Source: Elusimicrobiota bacterium
GTDB taxonomy: Bacteria; CG03; SLGR01; JBDRKX01
NCBI GenBank assembly: GCA_043813605.1
Contig: JBDRKX010000047.1
Location: 77,164 to 141,163, forward strand
DNA length: 64,000 nt
Reading direction: 5' to 3'
Shown here: piece after piece, positions 15,001 to 27,000 of the stretch
Position numbering within the stretch: the stretch's first letter is position 1
Layout: the number at the start of each line of letters is the position of its first letter
Notes under the pieces: generated by a model
Seen by the model: only the letters and a program-made list of their open reading frames with translations
The model's database searches: none
Told to the model about the DNA's origin: nothing
Program-made: the position numbers and the translations under genes

Positions 15001-18000
15001 AAACTGGCGTAATCATCGAGCCACCAGGAGTGTTCCTGTGCAAAATCATCGATTTTTCTCCTGAGCTTCATATGCGCGGGCTTTTCGCTCTGGTTCAATA
15101 TTGAATACAGTTTTCTGGCATATACTGTTTCCGCCAGTTCCAGTTTTTCGTAATCAACAAAATCATTATTGTATTCAGGGAGGGAACTGAAATCATTTTC
15201 AAAATTATCAGAAGCCACCTTGTTCCAGTTGATGAAGAGTTCATTCAGCGCGTAACTGCTTGCAGCGCTGTACGGGCTGTGCGCCGCGTCCCGTGTGGGA
15301 TTGACAGGCAGAAGCTGCAGTGTGTTGATGCCGATTTTTTCCCTGTATTCCCTGAAGGTATCTGCAAGGTCGGTGAATTTACCTATCCCGAAATCTCTCC
15401 CCGCTTTCTGTCTGAGAGAGAAAACAGGCACTTGGAGAGCGAATATCCTCCTTATTTTAGAAACAGGAGGATCGACATAGAGCCTGATGTTTCCCGCAGG
15501 GCCGGCCACATAGGTCCACGTAACCCCCTTATCAACCGAGAACCGCACCGTATATTCGTAATCGCCGGCGAGCCTGGGCTTGAGTATCCCCTTGAACCTG
15601 TATCCCTCACCATCCGAGCGGTCGTACCTCATGTTTATCGCGCGCCATCTCTTCTTCGCGGGAGCATTCTCCCTGTCGAGGTTTGTCCATATCTCCGCCC
15701 TGATATCCGCAGGATCTATATCACCGCTGACAACAACAGCAGCGTAAACATTCATCTTTTTTAGGGCATTGGTATATATTTTGCTACCGAGGTCTGGCTC
15801 AGCCCAGCCGGCGTTCACTATCTCAGCAGGCGGCGCGCGCGCCGGCGGTAAAACCTTGAACGGGTCTGAAGATTCAACTCCCATCTCCGATGCGAGCTTC
15901 CTTACTTCGGCATAAGCCCTGAGTATCTCGCTCACTCCCCACGCCTGTGCGTCGCACCCGCGCGGAGTATGCGGCGCATCACCGTCCATTATCTCGGATA
16001 TGCTGCCAACGCCCGCTTCCCTCAGCTGCTTCTTAACAGGTTCAAGGTACCCCAGCGCTCTGCTCACAGCCTGCGCGGAATTATTGTTCGCTTTCAGGTA
16101 GGCCAGGATAAACTGGCCGTAGGGCCAGGTCCACGCGGTACCGTTATGATAAGCGGGTTTACGCTGTGTATCCTCATCTCCCTCGTACCGTCCGCTGTAG
16201 GGATCGAACGGGTCTTTGAGGTGCGCTATCCCGCGCAGCGGCACATTGATCTTTTCGTCGGCGAGGCTCCTGAGGGCGCCGGGTATCACAAGTTTTGAAG
16301 CAACGGTATCCATCACCTTCCTGGCCTTGCCGGCACTAAGCATACCGTAGAGCACCGCCGTTACCTGGTTGGAGCGTATTGAACCATCCGGTATCCCGTC
16401 GTAGGCGCCCTGACCGGGCCTCGCGAGGATGCAGTCATTGAGGTAGCCTCTCCTGTTCCAGAAAAGCTCGTTGAAACTCTTTTCTATCTTACCTGCCAGA
16501 GATGGATCGGCGATACCGAGGGAGGACAGGTATTCCACAGCATTATGCCAGAGAGCCTGTATCTCCACGGGATACCCTTCCCTGGGCGTTCCTGCTGGAA
16601 AGTTCGTGTCCATCCATGTGAAGTGCGACGGTGAGAATACAAGGCCGGATTCGGTATCCATAACGATTCCGTTCGGAGTTCCTATCCTGTAATTCGTGTA
16701 TATTGATTTCAATATGTCCCTGAGCGTCCTGCCCTCGACTACCTCCAAATCCACTATACTCTTGTCCCCCGTAGTCTCTATATACTGCTTTACTGCCTCT
16801 ATGAACCACAGCGGCGCATCAGAAGTGTCCCTGTCGGAGGCGTCTTTACCCCTGATTATATTCGGGAGCGTCCCCTTGTCTTCGAATATGGCGAACTGGA
16901 TGAGTATATCCCTGACCTCTTCAGTCCTGCCGGCGCTCAGCATCCCGAGCGCGACTATCAATGTGTCGCGGCCCCAGTCGAGGAACCACGGGTAACCGGC
17001 TATTACTGTCTTGTGACTATCCCTGTCAACAATGAACTTATCTAACGAAAGCGCCATTATCCGGGCGAAAGGATCTTCCTGTAACCTTTCAGGCAATTTT
17101 TTTATTACCTTCTTCTGTTCTTCCAGCTCTTTGTTGAACAAGCCCTCTATATTCTCATCTTCGTATAAATATTCCCTGCCTTTCGGTTCCTCAGTAGAAG
17201 CAACCCAGCTTACAGTTTCCCCTTCAGTCAGAATCATTTCAAAATATCCGGGACTCAAAGCATCAGACTTTGTTTCCATTCCCCTAACTCCTTCTATCGA
17301 GTGTTCAATATTATAATGCCACTGAGGATCCTTATGATATTTCCCGCGACCGGAGATAATAGTTATCCCTTTGAATGGATACCAGTCACCCGTATTAAAC
17401 CACAACCCATCCAATCCTTTTTTTAATAAATCCCCCTCTATCCTGCCTGTCTTATCAAACCACAGTCCGTCTTTTCCTTTGGTTACATTATGAAAATCTC
17501 TCCATTCCAAATGATGCCGGACATTTAATTTAACACTGCCTTCACATTTCAGTAAATGGTACCGCGCAATTACTGTGTTCTCTCCCTTTACAAGCTGAAG
17601 AGTTTTTTCGATAAGAATTCCTTCTACTTCATACTTCCATGTCGGAAGCGGATATGCTTCAAAACTAACCATGTTTTCAGCATCAAGCGGATAAGACACC
17701 CCATTGATAACAACATTTTCATAAGACCCTTTCACCAGAACCTTTCTGTCCTCTGGAACATCTGGATTTATATTGGCTGCTAAAAGAGCATCATACTTGG
17801 AATAGTATTTACCGGGTTGTATAGCCGTTCTTAGCATTGCACCTTTTCCATTTGCAAGTGTTATTGTTCTTTCCGCTCCGAACTCTCCTTTTGATAATAC
17901 AAGGTCTTTTTCACTTATTTTCTGTTTATCAATTCTTATTGCGTCTTCAGCAAACTCGAATAGTTTTTGCTGAATAGGATTATCTTTTACGGCTTCGTGG

Positions 18001-21000
18001 TAGGCTTCGTAGGAAGGATATGTTTTGCTTACTACTACTTCTTTATACTCCCCGATCTCATGTTCAACAAGACTCTTGAGGAGTTCATCTGTTTCCGGCG
18101 GGCTCCTTCCGGCGAGGCCTTCTAAGAATTTTGCATGGACAAGAAGTGTCACCTCTTTTGTAACCTCGTTCACTTCCAGTGTTGCAAGCGACCAGACGTC
18201 TTCTGTTATCAGATCAGGGTTAGCGCTTACTTCTACGGATGGTGTATACCCTGCCATGATATGGTTTAACATGTTTTCAAGCTTTTCAGTATATTCTGTT
18301 TCATCATAAGGCAGTTCTTTTCGTTTTATTATCTTCTGCCGGTAGATGTCTATTAACGCTTTAGAGACATCTACTGCTGATCTAACGGGGAGTGTAACAG
18401 GAGTCAAAAGCAGTTCCACCTCCTTACCCAGAGAAATGATCTTTTTTTCTTCCGCAACACCAACGAGCTCTTTTTGCAATTCACGCGCTTCTTCGGCTTT
18501 TTCCAAATCACTGATCCATTGTTCTATGTCTTTCAGTTCATCTTCGACAAATGTTATTTTCACAGGTTTCCTATATCTGCCGAAAAGCGTGTCCGGCTGT
18601 TGATCCGCTTTTTCATAATCGACAATACCCTGACTGTCTAAAAGGAATTTCTTCAGGCCCGATCTGTACTCCAGATCCTTAAGATACCTGTCATGCGCTG
18701 CAGTATCTTGTTCAGGCTCTTCATCGAGGAACTGCATACCTATATCCAGGAAGAAGATCACTCCGTCAATCTTCAATCCTGATTCACCGGCATGCCGGGC
18801 AGCACTTTTTTCAAGAACCCGCCAGTTATCATCTTCAGTGTATGTCCTCATCTTGTATTCCACTTTATCTTCGCGGACTTCCGCTATCTCGATCTTCTGA
18901 CGGCTGGATTTACATTCCACTATAAACACTTTGCCGGTTTTCTTGTGTCTTACTACCATGTCGAGTTCAGTAAGATATTCCCCGTTCTTATACGCGTCCC
19001 GGCCCGCTTCCAGTATTTCAAAACCTGCATCACTGAAAAGTTTTATAGCATCAAGTTCGAGCTTTAAGCCCACATACCTTGAATAAAGAGTACCTGTTAT
19101 TATCTCGGTGAGCCGTTTGTGTTCATTAAATTCATGCACGAGGTCTATCCACGGTTTTTGAGAATATTCAAGCATATCCGTTTCTATATCTTCGCTATAC
19201 CTGATCTCTATAACATCATCCAGCCGGGCCTTATTATTCTCAACATATTCCCTGAATTCACTTATTCCCCGGGTATCTATGACTATTATGGCTTTATCGA
19301 ATTGACCTATTGTCTTTGGTACCTTTCCGCCTTTCCCGTAGTTCTCGTTCAGATCGTCCATAAGACCGGCCAGTCTTTTTATGCCTTCATTGACAATAGA
19401 CTCATGCTGCTGTTCTTCTGTAGCTGTTTTGTCCGGAGGATGATAGAATACCTGGTGCGTGCTGACCAGAGCGCGTTTTTTTCTGCCTTTATCATCTGGA
19501 TCACTGTAGTTATCTATCACAGCATCCACCCATTCAAGACTCCAGTCTATACTTTCATTGGATTTGGCTACAGTCTCACTCTTTACCTGTCCGGTTTTTA
19601 TGGCAAAAGCGATTGAAAGCAGTTTTGCTCTCAACTCTGCATATGTGTCGTTCATTATATCGACCGTGTCGCTTAAAGACTCGTCAGTGTATCCGTATTC
19701 GTCTTTCAAAAGCTTAACAAGTTTATCAATATCCCTTCTTAACCAGGCGGCTTTTTTCCTCAATACCGTATAGATCAGATCACCTTCTGGTTTCAGGATA
19801 TCCGACGGCTCTTCATAGGAAGCCTCCGGTAACGGTTCTACTCTGCTTAAACCGAATTTTGTATGATAATGGATACCTGTCGCAACATTTATTACGGGTC
19901 TCTTATGATACCTGAACACAAGGGCTTCTTTACTGCTCAAGACGGACGGCTGAGCGAGGATTATGCCTATAGGCTGTTTCTGTTTCCTCAGTTCCGGGAT
20001 AAATTTTACAAGCTCTCTATACTTTGATTTCTTTACTTTTTTCGTAGGATCTTTCATCAGGTACCCGGGGTCTTCAATATATCTGAGCATGAGTTCCTGT
20101 TTATCCAATTGCTGCATCACATCCCGGTAAGTTGCCCTTTCTATCCAGTTTTTGGATTCCACTGAAAAGAGCCTGCCTTCTTTATCAGCTACAATGCTGT
20201 CCAGCTCAGTTAAATATGCTAGACCACCGCTCTTGTTTTTATACTGGTAACTGACAGATAGAGCTTTAATAGTATAACCCCGCTCACTTTCCAGATACAG
20301 ATCAGATAACAGCTCACCGGTTGTTCCCGCTACTTTATGCGGATAGATATAGGTACCCGAAACATCAGTGAGGAGATCCCTTAGAGTATTGAGCATTCCA
20401 GGTACATTCCGGTAATAAAACAGCAATGCTAACACGGCATCGAAATTACGATACTCTCCGGATCCCATTATCAGCTGGTACAGAGCAAATCCGGCTTCCT
20501 TAAGTCCCTTATTAAACCCGACAGCTTTGGGTTCTATTTTTGTATTTGAATACATATTTTTTATCAGCCCCTCTATCATCAGCAGGAATATCTTCTTGTA
20601 TTCAGCCGGAACTTTTCTATAGTATTCATCAACATATTTCATGAATTTTTTAGGAATATCGGGCTGTACAGCATCTTTGGCTGATTTCGCGGATCTTATC
20701 AGCGCATCCAGTTTCCTGCCTAACGGAGTACCGGAGAGATCGGGCATGATTTCTTCCGATATAAAACTGTCTATATATCTTCTAAAACGCGGCTGGAGCG
20801 GGTTCTCTATATTATCCGGTTCATATACACCCAGTTCCGTCCATTTAAAGATCGTTCTCTGTATATTCTTATATACGTTTCTATGCGCTTCAAGGTCTGT
20901 TTCCGGGTATGTCGCTGAAAAGGCCTCGTGGAAAAGTATCTCGTCAAACAATTCCATAAACTCGGCTCTTCTTATAAAATTGCGGCCTATAACTATACTA

Positions 21001-24000
21001 TCATCGAGGGCATAAGCAAGCAGGTAATCGTTTTTGCCTTTTATTACAGGATTAAAAGCAACTATTTTGTCCTGTTCGTAATAATCCAGCAATGTTCTAT
21101 GTGCAGGCAAAACATTGAACAATATTGTTTTCAGGATTGTTGATTTTTCTTCAGGAAGGATGGCAATAAGTGATTGGGTGGTTTCATTTTTCGGATCGAT
21201 CAGTTCTTCGATCAGTCTGATAGCCTGTTCATCAAGTTTCCCGCGCGCAAAATAGGATTCAAGTTTATCCAGCACATAGAATGCATTATCCGACTGTTCT
21301 GCAGGCACATCTCCCAGTAGTGCGAACACTGCATCCAGGGTCTTCTTTTCGAAATTCTTTATACTGCTGTAAATAAAAGCTTTTTCAGTCTCATTGAAAG
21401 AAGAAGTTTTCTGAAGGGCGGCACTGTCGCGCGAAGAGCCATCCCCTATCGCACCTTTAACACCGATAATTCCAGCCTTTACCGTTTCGGCCTTTTTGCG
21501 GCGCGCTGCTTCGCGGCTCACAGACATAAGCTCTTCGGCAGTAACTCCTTTAGGCAATCTTTTCAAATCTTTTTCGATCGTACTTTTTATGAGAGGAAAG
21601 TACTTATGTGAAGTTATGAAATGGTCTGAAGCGATAAAGCCTTCTGTATGCACATAGACATATGGAAGGTCTTCGAATGAGAGAGGCCGTCTGACAGCCC
21701 GCTTTATCATTGCGAGATCCGTGCTTGGTACTGACTGACAAAGGAGTATTTCTACACGGTCAGTCCGGTTCATGTCTTTCAGTTCGGGAACGTATTTTAG
21801 CCACGCTTTGTAAGGACCACTGTGGTTTTCGAGTTTCGTGAGTATTCTGTCATAGCGCTTCATCTGTTTAATAGTTGCTCTGGTATCTAGTGAATAGCGG
21901 TTGTTCTTCGCTTCGGCCGCAAAAACCTTTCCATCTTTAACGAGCATCATATCCATCTCTCCGGCCATGATATTCTTAACATATTCCAGGCTGAATGCTC
22001 TCAGTTCGTATCCTTTCTCTTCAAGGTATGCCGCGGTCTGAAGTTCCCCGGTCAGACCGGAAATGTGTGTATAGTATGCTTCTGTAAACCGGAATCTTCT
22101 TGAATGGCCAAGGCCGAGCAGTACATTCTCAAGACCCGGTACTTCACGGAAATGGTATAACATCGCTACTATTGCATCAATATCTTTTGCATTTTCGTCC
22201 GCCATTATGTTTTTTAGATGATGCGAAACGATAGGCAGCCTGTTTTCAAAACGGAATGGCGGCGCCCTTTCGGAAGTTACACTGTAAAAATCACGGTTAT
22301 TTATTATGCCGTTTATTATAGCTCTAAATGCTGTTTTATACTGCTCCGGTATAGCATCAAAGTCCTGCTCTACGCTTTTCCAGTATTCATATTTAGCAGG
22401 TATTTCACTGAAAGAAGAGCCCCTGAGTTCATTTATTATCCTGGAAAATCTTTTCTCGAAAGGCACAACAGTCGACATGCTTCCAGTGACTCTTACATCT
22501 ACATAGTAGCGGAGAGCGTCTTTCAGCGGATTCTCTTTTCCGAAGATCAGCCTCTGTATGCCTTCATAAACCGATCTGTGAGTCTTGTAATCATGTTCAC
22601 CGAACAATGCAGAATACCCTTCATGAAAAAGTATTTCGTCGAAATATTCCCTGAATTCCGTAAATTCGGCATCAAAAAAATCCTGTGCCAATACGATCCT
22701 GTCACCGGCAACATAAGCCAGTAGATAGTCTTCACGGTTGTTGATAAGGGATTGAACTTTTTCTATTTTTCCGTTTTCAAAATACTCAAGAAGTGTCTTA
22801 TGGACGGGTATTGCTTTATATAACAGGTTTTCCAGGTTTCCTTTGCGCTTTTGGGGCAGTTTTGACAGTGTGTTTTTTATTATAAAGTTATTGGGATCGG
22901 TCAGTTCATTGAAAAACCCGAGCATATCTTCGTCCAGGTCACTGCGGGCAAAATATTCTGTTAATAATTCCAACGTATAATCCGTAAACTTTTTATGCTT
23001 CTTTTCAGCTGCTTCAAGTTCCACAAAAACAAGTTCCTGAAGTTGTTTACCCAATTCGGCTATTTTGTCTTCTATTAAGACTTTATCCTGCGTTTCCAGC
23101 CGGTTTGTCCGCTGGTATTCTGCCATTTTAAGGGCTTTTCCCTTGCCTATCGCTCCCCGGAGTCCTGTAACAGCCTCTATCGCAGGTAAAGTCACCAGAT
23201 TCCTGTATGACACCTCTTCTGCAGGCACCTCCCGCAGTTCTTGAGTAACACTCTTCCTGATATTGTCAAAAACCCTGAGTTGAGCCATAAACACCAACAT
23301 AAGATCCGAACCCTGAAGAAATTCCGCAATTTCAAACTGCTTTTTCTGGACATTCATACCGTGCATCAGATGCAGTTTCGCTACTTCTTCCGCATGTTTC
23401 TGAGGATAACCGTATCGCGTAAAATTGTCTATTTCTCTTCTTGTAACTGCCCAGTCTTTATAGTGCATCTGACCGAGAAACTGTATCTGTTCTTTGCTAA
23501 GATTGAATTTTTTATTTAATTCCATATCCATTCCGGCTTCAAGCAGTTCGTGAATGAGTATTTCCGGCATAGCGGGATTCTCGGAATCGAACCTCATCTC
23601 TATAGCCGGTCTCTTTTGCCACAGATATATGTTCTCTTCAGCCCATGTCTTTTTTCCTTTTTCAAGGCCGTCTTTAAACTCAATACTTATGTCAAAAGCG
23701 CTGATGATCTCCTTAAGTTCGTCAAACCTGTATGCCCTGTCTATAGCATCTTTCAGCTGGGGCAGCATTGCCCGATCCATTCTGCGGATATGAAGATCTA
23801 TTCCTCTGTATCCAATTTTTCTTTTATATAGATTCTTTACCAGTGATATACCGGCCGCCAGCGGAGCTATAGCCGAAAGGACCCAGGTGACAAAATATGC
23901 CGGCAACTCATCCAGCCCGGCAAACAGGCCGCCAAGCATATATTCTCTCATGCCTGACGGTTTTAATCCGGCTTTTTCCGCCATTACCGTAGGCTGAAAC

Positions 24001-27000
24001 CGGCTCACATGTACTCTCTCGTGGAGGAGACTGGCCATAATATGTATCCCGGATAACACACTGGTCAACACTGATCCTGCAGCAATGATATGCCCTACAT
24101 TCAAATATAGCGTACCGTCTATTATGCCTGCAACGGCATAGTTTCCGCTTAAAGATACAAATTCTTCTGTAGACATCAAACGGTAATCATCCTTAAAAAA
24201 CCTCTTGATCAGTTTAAGCAGGGACGGATCCAGCAAAGCCTCAAGTTCGACAGTTGTATCTCCGGATTTAAAATATCCTTTTTCAAAAAGTTTGACCATA
24301 TCCCCTGTTTCGGGTTCAACTGCGTATATTCTTTCAATCATATTTTTCAGGTATTCTGTACTGCCATATTTTCCGGCACGCACTGTAGCTATAAGGAACA
24401 ATCCGAAAAACGAAGCAAGAGAGACGATGGATACGAGAGGCATTCCGAAAAGGAGCATATCAGCACCCAGAAGGAGAGACCATGAAAGCGCCGCACTCAT
24501 GAATGCAATGGGAGTATATACTACCTGGCCCGCGATTATACCATGTCTGTTAAGAACTATGTCCCATAACTTATCTACTTTTTTAAAATCCCCAACAGAC
24601 ATGTTCTTAAAATGATGGCCATATATCAAGTCACTGTCCTCGTGTTCCAGTATAAGCCGGAACGCTTCGCGGTTACTCCGTGAATATACATAATCAAGAA
24701 GGTTTGTGTGCACATATATCGAGTCCGTACCTGAATGACCAAGTACTCTTCCTTCTGCAAACTCATCACCGCTTGAGAGAAGAAGGACCAGCCTACGGCT
24801 GCTAAGTGTCTCTGATTCCGATTCTACTGACAGTTCTAGAAAAAGTTTCAGTTTTTCTTTGAGTTTATCAGGGCCTTTACGCAGGATATATAACTCCAGC
24901 TCTCTTTCAGCAAGTCTGCGGGCATCTTCATCCTTAAAATAGAACGACTCCGTAAGATTTGCGGCTGTTTTCGCATAATCATCGCTGAACATATGATCGA
25001 TATCTGACGACAGGATACCGGGTATAAGCGCAATCGCCCTGCCAGAAGTTATTGCGTCCAGTACTGCCCCGTCAACATCTTCCTGTATTACGCCTTTTTT
25101 CATAAGGTTCTTTTCTGTACCCTGTGCCAACTGTCTCTGCTTGAAGAGTTCCACCCGATTCAAAGCCTTTCTGATACTGCTCCCCGCGCCGACGCCTATT
25201 TTCCTCTCTTTTCTCATAGACTCTTTCAGTCCTTTTAAACGGCTCGTAAGTATCTTGCGTATATCTCTGAGTTCCGGATGTGTTATCAATTCTTTATCAG
25301 CCAGTACCGATTCGATCTTTTGTACAAGTATTTCCGCTTTCCTGTCCCTATAAGTGATCTTATCAAGGAACCCTGTCGTTGCTTCGCCCGGACGCATATT
25401 CCTTGTCACACTCAGGAACCGGTTTATTACTTCCCCGTCCGGAGTATGTCCTGACCATAACCATTCTCCCCTAAGATCAGTCACATCCAGGTAAGGCATG
25501 AATTTGCCCAGATAACGCTGATACATCTGGAAAGCTTTCATAAAGTCCTTTGTCCCTGTTTCCATAATACCGTCATACCCCACAACATAGAATTCTCCTT
25601 TGATCTGGAGTAAAAGAGCCGGATGAAGCGTGTTCTCTGACCCGAGTTCGGTGTCCGCTGACCTGCGGACTTTTATGATATATCCCTCGACATCAGGTAT
25701 GACATCTACTATATCCGCAATAAAATCGAGCATATGGTAATACAGGGCCATATACCTGGGATTCAGTGAAGTAATATCGTCTATAGCCCACTGTATATAC
25801 CTTTCCAGATTTTCTTTTCTGTACTGTCCCAGATTCTCATACCATAAGTTAAACTCTTCCTCTGATCTCAATTGGGCTATTTCATCAAGTATTTTCTGTA
25901 TCTCCTGGTCGGCATAATGTGCGCCCTTTGGTAAAAGAGCAAGAAATTCACGGGTAAATATCCTGTCTTTGAAAAGGTTATAAATATCCTTATATACGCC
26001 TTCGTGTTTCTTATAATGGTCTATTAGCTTCATTGCAAAATTAACATACGGCGCTATATCTTCGCCATGTGCATCAAGGAATATTGCCTTCCAGTCATCT
26101 GAGAGTATCTCATCAATAATATCATTGAGCTGCAGATAAGCCTCAAGGAGCCGGCGCTGTTCATCGCTAAGACTTTCGAGCCAGCCCTGGAAATCGAAGG
26201 ACATATCCGCTCCCAGCGTTCCGGATATCTGTTCTATGATATCCGGAACCAGAGCCAGTATATCTGATATATCCGCATCTGGTAGAACTCCACTTGCTTC
26301 GTCAGCCATATCCTGCATTCCGTTCTGAAGATATACAGCAAGCCACATTGCCTGACTACCGGTCATGTTATCTTTTACAAAACTTATAAGTTCTTCCTTT
26401 GAACTGATGTCAAGCGCCCCTATATCCGTATCCGCCTTTATACTGTCAAATACGCTGCCCATATGACCGGCAAATCCGGATATAACTCTATCATGATCAA
26501 ACTTAAACCCTTTAAATTTGTTTAATAAATAGTCAACAAGCCATTTGGCATGTTCTTCACCAAGTTCTTTTGCCCAGTCTTTAAATTCATCCAATGATAA
26601 CCTGTTGATCTTGTCTTCTATATCGTTTATAAATCTTTCCCGGTCAGCAGGGCTCAGCCATACTTCTTCAGGTTCTTCTTTGGCATAACTCATCCTCGGC
26701 CTTTCTACACGAGTCGCGACTTCCCGCATCGGTTTTTTTGCGGGAAATGAAAACCTTATCTGAAAACCTATCCTGTGCTCCCTGTCCGCGTCCGCAGCCT
26801 GTGGATATACTTTTTCGATACTGCTTCCAAAAAGCGTCGTTTCAATATTAGTAGACATATATCTGGCAAGTCCTCTTATTCCTCCGAGGACTTCAGTCTC
26901 GTCGGCAAACATCGGGTGCTCGCTGTCACGCAGCCTGTATTCAGCAAGAAGACCCAGTTTATCAAATCCGGGTATAAAAGAGTCCCCCATAATACCGCCC

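Noticed and set aside
17395..17480. Duplicated DGLWF peptide in the debranching enzyme N-domain
   Set aside because: Small local duplication with no evidence of function.
25400..25800. Possible transglutaminase-like H...Y..D pattern
   Set aside because: No catalytic Cys motif found upstream; too weak to call.
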